Shown: positions 1 through 11,383 of the stretch, one piece after another | How positions within the stretch are numbered: the first letter of the stretch is position 1 | Layout of the letters: each line of letters opens with the position of its first letter | Made by a program: the position numbers and the translations under genes | Assembly: GCA_964513315.1 (NCBI GenBank) | Contig: CAZEMU010000002.1 | Location: 1-63,864, forward strand | Source: an uncultured Acidimicrobiaceae bacterium | Lineage (GTDB): Bacteria; Actinomycetota; Acidimicrobiia; Acidimicrobiales; UBA10347 | Length of the DNA: 63,864 bases | Reading direction: 5' to 3' | The notes under the pieces: generated by a model | Seen by the model: the letters and a program-made list of their open reading frames with translations, nothing else | Database searches by the model: none | Told to the model about the DNA's origin: nothing

Positions 1-43
1 GCCTGACCAGCAGATAATTGGGACATGGCAAGCCTCGATGGAG

Positions 44-337
44 CTAGGTGCGGTCGAGTGAATCTCGCTGGCGTTTGGCGGTGTCTTGCCATTCGTCCAT
101 CGCCCGCAGCGTGAGCACGGCGACGACCGCAACGCCGCCTGCGGCGAGCAACGCTCCGATGACCATGCCGATTCCTTGCCAGGTCGTGCATTCGCCCGAA
201 CACTGCAGCCCGGCGAACGCGTAGCCGATCAGGGCTCCGCAAGCTCCGGAAATGAGCACGGCGATGACGGCCAAGGCTCGGGCCCGACCACTCGGAAGTG
301 CGGACGGGACGACGGTCTGCTCGGGGCCGCTGGACAC
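44..337 (-). CDS. hypothetical small membrane protein (two predicted TM helices)
   Basis: The C-terminal part of minus ORF 44..844 has two hydrophobic helices (ALAVIAVLISGACGALIGYAFAGL and IGMVIGALLAAGGVAVVAVLTL). The rest of that ORF is antisense to the Nudix gene and looks non-protein-like. GTG at 337 is the nearest in-frame start upstream of the first helix. No SD seen. Confidence 0.3.
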   Translation of the reverse strand: MSSGPEQTVVPSALPSGRARALAVIAVLISGACGALIGYAFAGLQCSGECTTWQGIGMVIGALLAAGGVAVVAVLTLRAMDEWQDTAKRQRDSLDRT

Positions 338-385
338 GACGTCAGCGTAGAGCGACAGCCCGAGCGGTACACCGCCATTCGGAAG

Positions 386-982
386 ATGCTCGCAGGTCGT
401 CTCGCAGGTCGTACTGCGCAACCGCACCACGTTTGCGATACTGGGAGGGTGCAGGCTTACACCGTCGCCTCGGGCATCATCGTCGACGACGGTCAGGTCG
501 TGTTCGTGCAGAACCGGCGCCGCAATGGTTCCCTCGACTGGAGCACACCCGGTGGTGTTGTCGACCCGGGCGAACAGATTCTCGAAGCCCTCGGCCGCGA
601 AGTCGTCGAAGAGACTGCACTGACCGTCGCTGGCTGGTCGCCGATGCTCTACAGCGTCGACGTCGACTTCGTCGGCCGTGACCTCACGCTGCATGCCCAG
701 GTCTTCGTAGCGCAGGGTTACGACGGCTCGTTGCACATTGACGACCCCGACGAGGTCGTCGTCGATGGCCGCTGGGTTGACCACGGCGAAGCACTCAACC
801 TCCTCGACCACAGCCCGCAGTGGGTCGCCCAGCCGTTGCGACACGCCCTCGACCGTGTGTTCAACGCGGGTGCGGCGAGTAACGCTCCGGCTGGGGCCGA
901 GACGGCCCGCTGGCGTTACGACGTCACCGGGGGACCTGGCGGCTTCTCGGCGACGTTGCTCGACGGCCCGAGTCAGCCCTGA
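386..982 (+). CDS. NUDIX hydrolase
   Basis: Nudix box GGVVDPGEQILEALGREVVEETAL in ORF 86..982. The N-terminal 100 aa of the long ORF look like GC-rich junk. The start is uncertain: ATG 386 or GTG 449. Confidence 0.75.
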   Translation: MLAGRLAGRTAQPHHVCDTGRVQAYTVASGIIVDDGQVVFVQNRRRNGSLDWSTPGGVVDPGEQILEALGREVVEETALTVAGWSPMLYSVDVDFVGRDLTLHAQVFVAQGYDGSLHIDDPDEVVVDGRWVDHGEALNLLDHSPQWVAQPLRHALDRVFNAGAASNAPAGAETARWRYDVTGGPGGFSATLLDGPSQP

Positions 983-1071
983 GCCGCGACAATCACCGGC
1001 GCGGCGAAAGCGGCGACGTCTCCGAACCTGCGCCTGGACGGACCTGGGACCGCACGATCCTCCATGTCGAC

Positions 1072-2331
<1,260 letters not shown>

Positions 2332-2413
2332 ACACGCCCACGATCTGCGTAAATCCCTGACAAACAGCGCAGTCCGCGTTGTCGTTGTGCGCACGCTGTG
2401 GGATGATGTCTCC

Positions 2414-2794
2414 GTGCCGCTTTCGGAAGACGAGCAGCGAATCCTCAGCGAGATCGAGGCGAAGCTCTACGAGACTGATCCCAGTCTCGCGAAAGAGGTC
2501 GGCTCGACGACGGTCTACACCGCCGGATTGCGCAGCCTTCGCTGGGCAACGGTCGGGTTCATCGTCGGTCTGATCGCCATGATCGCGACGCTTTCGACCA
2601 GCTACTGGCTGGCCTTCGTGGGCTTTCTGATCATGCTGGCGGCAGCACTCGTCTTCGAACGCAGTGCCCGGTCGCTCGGCAAGGTCAGCATCGACCAGCT
2701 GATGCAATCGGTCCGTGCCAGCGGGACCCGATCGCCTTTCAGCGAGCCTGCGCAACGCTTGCGCGATCGTCTCAAAGACGACGAAGAAGCCTAA
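2414..2794 (+). CDS. DUF3040-family membrane protein
   Basis: N-terminus VPLSEDEQRILSEIEAKLYETDP followed by two TM helices, typical of actinobacterial DUF3040. GTG 2414 gives the family-typical N-terminus; the longest ORF starts at 2312. Confidence 0.75.
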   Translation: MPLSEDEQRILSEIEAKLYETDPSLAKEVGSTTVYTAGLRSLRWATVGFIVGLIAMIATLSTSYWLAFVGFLIMLAAALVFERSARSLGKVSIDQLMQSVRASGTRSPFSEPAQRLRDRLKDDEEA

Positions 2795-2872
2795 GTCGTT
2801 CGCTTCGCTCACGTACCGAGTTTCGGCTGGCGCCGAAACTCGCCGCACACGTGATGTGCGAGCTGAGCTGGG

Positions 2873-5299
2873 CTAGTCGTTGGCGAGGACCGGGTCGATG
2901 AGGTCCTGATCGCCGCTGCCGAGGGCATCGCCATCCAGAACGGCAGTTGCGCCCGGGATCGTGGTTGCACCGGCAGCCAGGTTGTTGGCCCGAGTGACCA
3001 CAGGGTCGCCGAAGCGCAGCAGTGGGCGAGGGTCGATCTCGTGCGCGCCCCGCACCAGCATCGGCTGGTTCGCGTCGATTGCCTTGTAGACACTGTCGGC
3101 ATGTGCGACGGCTTGTTCTGCCACGGCGAGCGAAGGCGCTTCGGGCGCGTACGCGGCGTCAATGGTCAGCTCGGTCAACTCGCCAAAGGCAGGCCAGCTG
3201 AGCGGAAGATCGAACTGCAGGCGCGCGGCATACTCGGCCAGTGTCTCGGCGCCCTTGGGCGGATGCCCAATCGCCTCGAACCGGTCGACGACCGAGGACC
3301 ACGTCAACGTGATCTGGCGGCGGGTGTCCTGGCCCAGCCGCTCCATGCGGCGTCGCGTCCGGAGCCGCTTCAAGAATGGGATGCCGACGAACCAGCCAGC
3401 GATCGCGGCGAGCACACCGAGCCACACCCAGGGGATGCTGGCCGGTTCTTCGACGGCCTCGACGACCAACTCTTCAGGTTCGACGGGCACGGGTTCGATG
3501 GGCTGCACGGCCTCGGGCGGCGCGGGCGTCGGTGTTGGCTGGGGGGCGGTTTCTTCGGCCTCTTGAGCGGCCTCGGCAGCCTGTTCTTGTGCTGGCTCGG
3601 GGTTCGATTCGGCTTGTGATTCGGGCACACCGGTGTATTCGGTGGCGTTCGGAGCGCCGCGGCCAGGCGTTGGTTCAAAGGCGACCCAACCAGCGCCAGC
3701 AATCCAGACCTCGGGCCACGCGTGGGCGTGCTTGCCGCTGATCAGATAGCGGTTCGGATTCGTCGGATCCTGTTCGCCCGGCGTGAACCCGGTAGCGACA
3801 CGGGCAGGGATGCCGATCGCCCGGGCCATCGAAGCGAACGTACCTGCGAACTGTTCGCAGTAGCCGCGCTGCACGGTCAAGAAGTCCTCGAGGCGGCGGA
3901 TGTCGTGGCCCTTGGCGACGTCGATGTCGTAGGTGAAGTTCTCACGGAAGTAGTTCTGCAGCGCCAGCGCCCGGTCGTAGTCGGTGGTGAGGCCTTCGGT
4001 GATGCGCTGGGCTTCGGAGCGGGCGAGCGGGCTGTAGTCGGCGGGCAGTTCCAGGTACCGAGGGTCCGCGGTCTCGTTCGTGATCGACGGAAGACGACGC
4101 AGCAGGTTCGGGGTGAAGTCCGGGATCGACGACTGGACTCGGTAGACGAGGCCATCGGATACGCGCTGGGCGTTCGTGTCGACGATGAAGGTCGCACTCT
4201 CGGCTTCGTAGTTCAGGTCGGCGTCTCCGCCGAGCGTTTCGACCGAGGTCGGCAGATACGCGGCGGGTGCCCAGACAACGTTGAGCGAACCGAGATCAAA
4301 GACCGCCGTGACGTTGGTTGTCGGCACACCTGGCGAGGGATAGGCGACCTCGAGGCCGTCGCCAGTGCCACGGAACTGGCCCTGGGAACGCCACAACGCG
4401 CCGTCGAACTTGTCGAGCGCAGCGATGCGCCAATAGGCACGTTCGTTGGTTTCGACCGTGAACAACACCTCGTCGCTTTGGTCGATCAGGCGAGGCTGAA
4501 TCTGCACCAGCGGCGAGATGACTTCGATCGGTTTGGTCTCGCGTCGGCCCTCGTCGCCGATTTCGATGAGCGGAGCTTCTTCGGCGCCCGGGACACTCGG
4601 TCCGCCCATGACGCCGGCGAGGACAGCGAGCACGGCGACGATCGCTCCCGCACTCATGAGGGCCGCATAGCCCCGGCCAGGACCGCTATCGAGCCAGATG
4701 CCTTGGGCGGCTCGGGCCGCTGAACGATGCGCCAACAGGAAGAGAACGCCAGCGATGACGAGCGCAGCGGTCGTCGAGACCCGGTCGGTTTCGACGCCGA
4801 GTAGCGAGACGAAGACCAGCACGGTCAGCATCGGCACGAGGGCTTGGCCCGGCGCAAAGAGACGGAACGCAGCCCAGTCGGCGGTGACGATGAGTGCCCA
4901 GAAGATCAGCGACCCAGCAACGATGAAGCCGGTGACTGCCGGCACGGGCGTCTGCAACGTATTGAAGACGTCGCGGGCAACGTCGAGATCACCGCGGAAC
5001 TGGTCGATCGACGCGCCAGACGGGATGATGACCGCGGTTGCCGTTGCGGAGTAGTGCGTGGCGACGATTGACAGCACAACGCCGACGAAGGACACGGCAC
5101 TGGCGACGATGGCGCCGAAACCGAACCAGCGCATGACGACGAGCACACCGTGGGCGACGATGACGCTGAAGAGCATGGGGGCGAGGAACGTCGTGTCCTC
5201 GTAGAGCCGCTGCAGCAGACGCACGCCGGCGATCGACGTGAGAACGAGCAGGACCTCAGACGCGAGCCAGACCCAGCGGAGGTCGCGTTGGCCGCTCAT
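2873..5299 (-). CDS. transglutaminase-like multi-pass membrane protein (TgpA-like, DUF4129-type C-terminus)
   Basis: N-terminal TM bundle. Transglutaminase core GYCEQFAGTFASMARAIGIPARV...KHAHAWPEVW...AFEPTPGRG (Cys-His-Asp). Pro/Glu-rich linker plus a late TM. ATGA overlap with the DUF58 gene. Confidence 0.85.
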   Translation of the reverse strand: MSGQRDLRWVWLASEVLLVLTSIAGVRLLQRLYEDTTFLAPMLFSVIVAHGVLVVMRWFGFGAIVASAVSFVGVVLSIVATHYSATATAVIIPSGASIDQFRGDLDVARDVFNTLQTPVPAVTGFIVAGSLIFWALIVTADWAAFRLFAPGQALVPMLTVLVFVSLLGVETDRVSTTAALVIAGVLFLLAHRSAARAAQGIWLDSGPGRGYAALMSAGAIVAVLAVLAGVMGGPSVPGAEEAPLIEIGDEGRRETKPIEVISPLVQIQPRLIDQSDEVLFTVETNERAYWRIAALDKFDGALWRSQGQFRGTGDGLEVAYPSPGVPTTNVTAVFDLGSLNVVWAPAAYLPTSVETLGGDADLNYEAESATFIVDTNAQRVSDGLVYRVQSSIPDFTPNLLRRLPSITNETADPRYLELPADYSPLARSEAQRITEGLTTDYDRALALQNYFRENFTYDIDVAKGHDIRRLEDFLTVQRGYCEQFAGTFASMARAIGIPARVATGFTPGEQDPTNPNRYLISGKHAHAWPEVWIAGAGWVAFEPTPGRGAPNATEYTGVPESQAESNPEPAQEQAAEAAQEAEETAPQPTPTPAPPEAVQPIEPVPVEPEELVVEAVEEPASIPWVWLGVLAAIAGWFVGIPFLKRLRTRRRMERLGQDTRRQITLTWSSVVDRFEAIGHPPKGAETLAEYAARLQFDLPLSWPAFGELTELTIDAAYAPEAPSLAVAEQAVAHADSVYKAIDANQPMLVRGAHEIDPRPLLRFGDPVVTRANNLAAGATTIPGATAVLDGDALGSGDQDLIDPVLAND

Positions 5300-6497
5300 G
5301 GTGTTGTGGGAGCAGAGCTCAGCGGGCTGCGTCCGAGCAGCGATGCCCAGAGCACGGGAAACTCGTCTTCGGGGCCAATGACTGCCATGCGGCGAGACGG
5401 TAGTGCAGCTCCTGAGTGAGCGGACCGCGGCTCGGGCGATCCGGAGCCGGTCCGTTCGCCAACGAAACGGGCGACGAGCGTCGTCGCCGGAATGCCGTGA
5501 CGAGCGCCGAGGTGGTCGACGAATGCTTCGCTCGACCCGAGGACCAGGACGGCGCTTTCGGCCGGAGCGTTTGCGTCTTGGGTGACCTCGACGAGATCGC
5601 TCGCCGATTGGGTGATGAGCGCGAGGCGATCGAGGATGGCGTCGAACGATGGTTCATCGGCGGCGACCATATCGATGCCCGAGGTTGTCTTGAATCGAAT
5701 CGTGTCGCCCCGGCGGAAGCAGGCGATGAGCAAGCTCGTGGCTGCGGACACCATTCGCTCGAACGTTTCGGGCGCCGCAACCGACGCACGGGTGTCGAGC
5801 ATGACCATCGAGTCGCCGTGTTCGGGGACGTGCTCGCTTCGAACCACGAGATCGCCGGACCGTGCCGTGCTCGGCCAATGGACCTTGCGCAGGTCGTCGC
5901 CGACCACATAGTCACGCAGCGAGGAGAACTCGTCGCCGTGCGCGCCGATGCGTCCGGGAGAGCGGTCAGCTCGACTCGCGACGCGTCCGCTGGGTTGGGG
6001 CGGCGCCGAGACGACGTCGTAGGCAGGAAGCACGAGCACTTCGGCATCGGGAGCCGATGTCCGGCGTACCGATGCCAACGCGAACGGGTCGGTTACTCGG
6101 GTGCGCATTGGGCCGAGCGCGATGCGTCCCCGGACTTCGGCGGGTACTCGGTAGCTGGCTCGGGTGACCTTGCCCTTGGTAAGCGGCGGCACGTGGGCGT
6201 CGGCGCGTGGCGTGCCGTCGACCTCGTCGGTGATCTGGGCGACCGGTGTCGGAATGAAGCGTCGGTTCGACAACGACAGTGTCACGGCGCTCGTCGACCC
6301 GACATGCAACCGGGCAGGTGTGACGGCCCGGCTGACGGCGAGGCCGCGCCAGTTCAAGACGACCCAGGCGATTGCGCAGGCGACCAACGCCAGCGCGGCC
6401 GCGGCGACGATGTAGAGCTCGAAGAGCCCGAAGAGGCGTCCGGCGATCAGGCTGAGAACACCGAACACCAGCGTTGCGTAGCCGGCACGGGTCGGCA

Positions 6498-6498
<1 letters not shown>
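5296..6498 (-). CDS. DUF58 domain protein (MoxR-associated, vWA-like)
   Basis: Motif GDEFSSLRDYVVGDDLRKVHWPSTARSGDLVVRSE. N-terminal TM hairpin. Sits between the MoxR and transglutaminase genes with overlapping stop/start codons. Confidence 0.85.
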
Positions 6499-7466
<968 letters not shown>

Positions 7467-7599
7467 TGGACCTCCGGGGCGACCAGCGGTCAAGGCTAGC
7501 GACACCCGAACAAGATGTCCGTGCACCAGGGTTTGGTGCCGTGGCTCGTGGCTTGTGGGTCGCGGCTGGTGGGGTCCGGCGGTGGCTAGATTGAGGCGC

Positions 7600-7875
7600 A
7601 TGGCCGCTCGGCTCGGTATGCCGCTGTTCTTTCTTCGACTTCTCGCTGCGTTGGTGCAACGTCCGCACCTTGCGTCGACCGCGGCGCGCCAGATGGTGAC
7701 GATGGCGCCGCAGCGTTGGTGGTCGAAGCCACCGTTCCTTCCCATGCCGCCCGCTGACTACATGCATTTCCGGCAGGTCACCGCCACCGGCGAGGCCGAT
7801 GGCCCACCCGATGTGCACGACACCGTCGTGTGGCTCGAGTGGTGCCGGTCGATGCGGAAGCTTCCGCCACGATGA
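7600..7875 (+). CDS. hypothetical small protein (weak call)
   Basis: ORF 7555..7875. The distal two thirds show strong G/C bias at codon position 3 in this frame (read by eye). No family recognised. Start uncertain: 7600, 7618 or 7693. Confidence 0.3.
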   Translation: MAARLGMPLFFLRLLAALVQRPHLASTAARQMVTMAPQRWWSKPPFLPMPPADYMHFRQVTATGEADGPPDVHDTVVWLEWCRSMRKLPPR

Positions 7876-7951
7876 GCGTGCTCGTAACGAGCGTGAGCGC
7901 TGCGCCAAGAATTGCGAGACCACCGTCTCGCTGGGCGAGTTAGGGTCTGAC

Positions 7952-8464
7952 ATGGCCCGGGCGCTGGTGCTGAACGCAACGTATGAACCGTTGTCTGTTG
8001 TCACCGAGCGTCGTGCTGTCGTACTTGTCCTTTACGGACGGGCCGACGTCGTGCATGGTTCTGGCCGCACCATCCGCTCCGCCCGCAGCGAGCTTGAGCT
8101 TCCGTCAGTGATTCGGCTTCGCAACTATGTGCGGGCTCCGCAGCGCAGGTCCTGTGCCATCACTCGCCGGGGCGTCTTTGCCCGAGACGGCAATCGGTGT
8201 CAGTACTGCGGCGCACGGGCCGAGAACATCGACCACATCCAGCCACGTAGCCGTGGTGGCCAGCATGTGTGGGAGAACGTTGTTGCGGCGTGCCGTGCGT
8301 GCAACACGCGCAAGCGAGACCGTCTGCTGAGCGAGAACCGCATGCGGCTGATGACGGTCCCGAAACCACCGGGACGCTTCGCCTGGGTGCGTCAAGCCGT
8401 TGCCAAGGTGCCGGATTCGTGGCTGGCCTACATCGAACCGGGTCAAGAAGCCGCCGCCAGCTAG
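7952..8464 (+). CDS. HNH endonuclease family protein
   Basis: MARALVLNATYEPL N-terminus and HNH core CQYCG...DHIQPRSRGG...NVVAACRACNTRK. ATG 7952 inside ORF 7799..8464. Confidence 0.85.
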   Translation: MARALVLNATYEPLSVVTERRAVVLVLYGRADVVHGSGRTIRSARSELELPSVIRLRNYVRAPQRRSCAITRRGVFARDGNRCQYCGARAENIDHIQPRSRGGQHVWENVVAACRACNTRKRDRLLSENRMRLMTVPKPPGRFAWVRQAVAKVPDSWLAYIEPGQEAAAS

Positions 8465-8510
8465 CCCCGAGGTAGCAGCCGCCGAGGCGTTGCGGGGTTG
8501 AATCAGGCTT

Positions 8511-9191
8511 GTGTGCGACGACACTGCACCTATGCGGGTTGAGCACCACGAGGGGACGGCAGCTGAGCTGCACGCGCTTGCCATGCCCGAAGGCGACGCA
8601 GGGCCAGCGTTGTGGGTATTGCGCCCGACCGCTCCGGCGCTCGTCATGGGAAGCGCCCAGCGCGAGGCCGACTTCGATGTCGATTCGCTGCAGACAGATG
8701 GAGTCGCCCTCGCTCCGCGTCGTTCCGGCGGCGGGGCCGTGTTCATCGAACCGGCCGGCGTCGTGTGGGTTGACGTGCTCGCGCCTCGGGGTTCGGCCTA
8801 TTGGTCGGACGATTTAGGCGAGACGTTCCTGCGGGTCGGGGAGCGGTGGCAGGCAGCGCTTGCTGAGGTGGGCGTCGCGAGCGAGATCGTTCGAGCGTCG
8901 CCAGACCGTTCGGCTGAAGCTCGTTTGGCGTGCTGGGCTGGCCTGGGTTGGGGCGAGGTCACCGTCGATGGCGCCAAAATCGTGGGGCTTTCGATGCGCA
9001 GGACCCGTTGGGGCGCCCGGATCCAAGGGATGGGCGTGATCGACGCCAGCGCCGATCGGGCCCCGATCTGGCTCCACGGACTCGACAACGAACAACGGCA
9101 ACAACTCCGGGACCGCATCGGTCACGTTGGTCTTGAGGTCGAGCGCGACGAACTCGAACGAGCCGTTCTCGCCGAACTCAGCCGCCCGTAG
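8511..9191 (+). CDS. biotin/lipoate A/B protein ligase family protein (LplA-like catalytic domain)
   Basis: Motif RRSGGGAVF plus a later K-containing strand (DGAKIVGLSMRR), typical of the BPL/LPL catalytic fold. Confidence 0.65.
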   Translation: MCDDTAPMRVEHHEGTAAELHALAMPEGDAGPALWVLRPTAPALVMGSAQREADFDVDSLQTDGVALAPRRSGGGAVFIEPAGVVWVDVLAPRGSAYWSDDLGETFLRVGERWQAALAEVGVASEIVRASPDRSAEARLACWAGLGWGEVTVDGAKIVGLSMRRTRWGARIQGMGVIDASADRAPIWLHGLDNEQRQQLRDRIGHVGLEVERDELERAVLAELSRP

Positions 9192-9257
9192 GGCTGCCCG
9201 CCGGCCCGAACCTCCCCACCGTCCGCCATAAGCTCCCCACCCGTCTCCACGGAGGCG

Positions 9258-9367
9258 CATTCTTCGCGCGGAGCGTGAACTCTCCTGTGGTCTGACCCCA
9301 ACAAAATCGCTGCGGTTGCAACGACTTGCTTCGCGCGGTGCGTGAACTCTCAAGGGGTCTGACCTCA
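9258..9367 (+). repeat. two copies of a ~43-nt imperfect direct repeat (67-nt period)
   Basis: Copy 9258..9300 is CATTCTTCGCGCGGAGCGTGAACTCTCCTGTGGTCTGACCCCA. Copy 9325..9367 is CTTGCTTCGCGCGGTGCGTGAACTCTCAAGGGGTCTGACCTCA. Confidence 0.8.
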
Positions 9368-9436
9368 CGGGCGTTCAGACGTGTTCGCGGACGAGGAAGA
9401 AATTGCCGGCGTGGAATCGTTGCAATCACGGCAGTC

Positions 9437-9500
9437 TGGGGAAGCGGTGTGGGGAAATGTGGGGAAGAGTGTTGACGAGTGGGGCACGTGTGGTTAGTGT
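9437..9500 (+). promoter_or_regulatory. Pmra-type promoter with candidate MraZ operator repeats
   Basis: TTGACG (9472..9477), 17 nt, TAGTGT (9495..9500). TGGGG(A/C)A boxes at 9437, 9450, 9460 and 9480. GTGGG cores at 9449, 9459 and 9479, giving 10- and 20-nt spacing. Confidence 0.6.
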
Positions 9501-9618
9501 GGCCCCTGTTGAGAAAGCGGACTGCCTCAGGCACCAGGGGACCAACCATGGTTTTCAGCGTTCATGAATCGCAGCACCGCAACTGGGCCGTCGGCCCGCT
9601 CTCTGGGATGGACTTTTC

Positions 9619-10041
9619 GTGGAATTCTTCGGCGCACACCAGCACCGCATTGACGACAAGGGTCGTCTCGCGCTGCCTGCCGTCTTCCGCGACGGATTCG
9701 GTGACGAAAAGCTCTGCTTCATCGTCCCGGAACAAAGCCAGGGCTGCCTCACCGTCTACAACGCCATCGGCTTCCGGGCCATGGTCGAACGCCTCCAAGA
9801 CGCCAAGCGAGCCGGCCGCTTCACCCAACGCCAGCTCACCAACTTCATGGCCGCAGTCAGCCAGTCATCGATCGACTCGCAAGGCCGCATCAACCTGCCC
9901 GAACACCTGCGCAACTACGCCAACCTCGACAAAGACGCCACGCTCATCGGCGCTGCCAACCACATCGCCATCTTCCCGGCCGATGTTCACAGCCCCGAAG
10001 CCGCACTCGAAGAACTCATCGACATCTCGGATCTCCTGTGA
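9619..10041 (+). CDS. mraZ: transcriptional regulator MraZ
   Basis: Two DxxGR repeats (DDKGRLALP, DSQGRINLP). First gene of the dcw cluster. GTG start. Confidence 0.95.
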   Translation: MEFFGAHQHRIDDKGRLALPAVFRDGFGDEKLCFIVPEQSQGCLTVYNAIGFRAMVERLQDAKRAGRFTQRQLTNFMAAVSQSSIDSQGRINLPEHLRNYANLDKDATLIGAANHIAIFPADVHSPEAALEELIDISDLL

Positions 10042-10400
10042 GCGCCGCCATGTTGATCCTCGACCCACCACACACATCTAACCCCGACCTCAGCAACGGA
10101 GTCACCACCAACCGCGACACACATCAGAGCAACGGATGCGCAACCATGTTTGACGCATCCACACAGGAACTGACCCATGGGTCGTTTCCCGGAGAACACG
10201 ATGGAGAGCCCCTACTCCGCCCGCTTGCCATCGAGTCTGTTTCGAAGAGAAAATCGTTCAGACGCCCGTTCTTCGGGGAACGACCGATGGGTCGGTCCTC
10301 CGCTTTTCGCAATCGCACCTTCGTCGCTGCGCTCCTCGGGGCGCTCTGCGGATTGGTGTCTGTGAGCCTGGCTGCCCTTACGGCAGGGGAGCAGCGATGA
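10038..10400 (+). CDS. questionable ORF filling the mraZ-rsmH spacer (alternative: 37-aa TM peptide from ATG 10287, or non-coding leader)
   Basis: The GTG overlaps the mraZ stop (GTGA) and its stop overlaps the rsmH ATG (ATGA). C-terminal TM helix FVAALLGALCGLVSVSLAALTA preceded by basic residues. Codon bias is weaker than in neighbouring genes. Confidence 0.25.
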   Translation: MSAAMLILDPPHTSNPDLSNGVTTNRDTHQSNGCATMFDASTQELTHGSFPGEHDGEPLLRPLAIESVSKRKSFRRPFFGERPMGRSSAFRNRTFVAALLGALCGLVSVSLAALTAGEQR

Positions 10401-11383
10401 GCAGCTCCTTTGCGCATGAGCCGGTGATGCTCGACGAAATCCTCGACGTCCTCGGTGACGTCCCTACTGGCGTCTACGTCGACGCCACCCTCGGCGGCGC
10501 CGGACACGCCACCGCACTCCTCGAGCGACGTGACGACATGTCGCTCATCGGCATCGACCGTGATCCCATTGCCCGCCAGGCCGCGTCGGAACGCCTGGCA
10601 CGCTTCGGCAATCGGGCCACGGTCGTCGCCGGCCGGTTCGATCAGATCGCCGACCTCGTCGCAGGAAGTGGCCTCGTTGCCACCAACGACGGTGTCGCTC
10701 CGGTCACCGGCGTGCTCTTCGACCTCGGCGTGTCCTCGCCGCAGCTCGACGCGAGTGAACGTGGCTTCAGCTACCGCCACGACGCCGCCCTCGACATGCG
10801 GATGAACCCCGACGACGCCGTCAGCGCCGCCGACATCGTCAACACCTGGTCGCACGAAGACCTCACGCACCTGCTCCGCGATGGCGCTGACGAGCGCTTC
10901 GCATCTCGCATCGCGGCCCGCATCATCGACAATCGGCCCATCGCTACGACCGGCGAGCTTGCCGAGATCGTCGTCGCCGCCATCCCCGCCGCAACTCGCC
11001 GGACCGGCGGTCATCCCGCCAAGCGCACCTTCCAAGCGCTGCGCATTGCGGTGAACGAAGAACTCGCACAAATTCCCACGGCGCTTCGTGACGCGATTGA
11101 ACTTCTCGCGCCCCAGGGGCGAGGCGCCGTGCTTTCGTACCACTCGGGAGAAGACCGGCTCGTCAAGCGAGCTATCGCCGAGGCCGAGTCGGGCGGCTGC
11201 ACCTGCCCGCCTCGGCTTCCGTGCGCCTGCGGAGCCGAGAAGCTCGTCAAGATCGTCCCGCCACGCCAGCGCACGGCGTCGGCCGACGAACAAGCGCGTA
11301 ACCCGCGTTCGACGAGCGCCCGGCTCCGCTGTTTCGAGCGACAGACCGTCGCATCTGATGCGCAATCGGGCGGTGCCGCATGA
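10397..11383 (+). CDS. rsmH: 16S rRNA (cytosine1402-N4)-methyltransferase RsmH (MraW)
   Basis: HEPVMLDEIL, DATLGGAGH, FDLGVSSPQLD motifs; position after mraZ. Confidence 0.95.
   Translation: MSSSFAHEPVMLDEILDVLGDVPTGVYVDATLGGAGHATALLERRDDMSLIGIDRDPIARQAASERLARFGNRATVVAGRFDQIADLVAGSGLVATNDGVAPVTGVLFDLGVSSPQLDASERGFSYRHDAALDMRMNPDDAVSAADIVNTWSHEDLTHLLRDGADERFASRIAARIIDNRPIATTGELAEIVVAAIPAATRRTGGHPAKRTFQALRIAVNEELAQIPTALRDAIELLAPQGRGAVLSYHSGEDRLVKRAIAEAESGGCTCPPRLPCACGAEKLVKIVPPRQRTASADEQARNPRSTSARLRCFERQTVASDAQSGGAA

Noticed and set aside
7952-8464. The HNH endonuclease as a sign of a mobile element or restriction system
   Set aside because: There is no adjacent methyltransferase, integrase, transposase, intron/intein context or flanking repeats. 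It is a small stand-alone HNH protein in a housekeeping neighbourhood.
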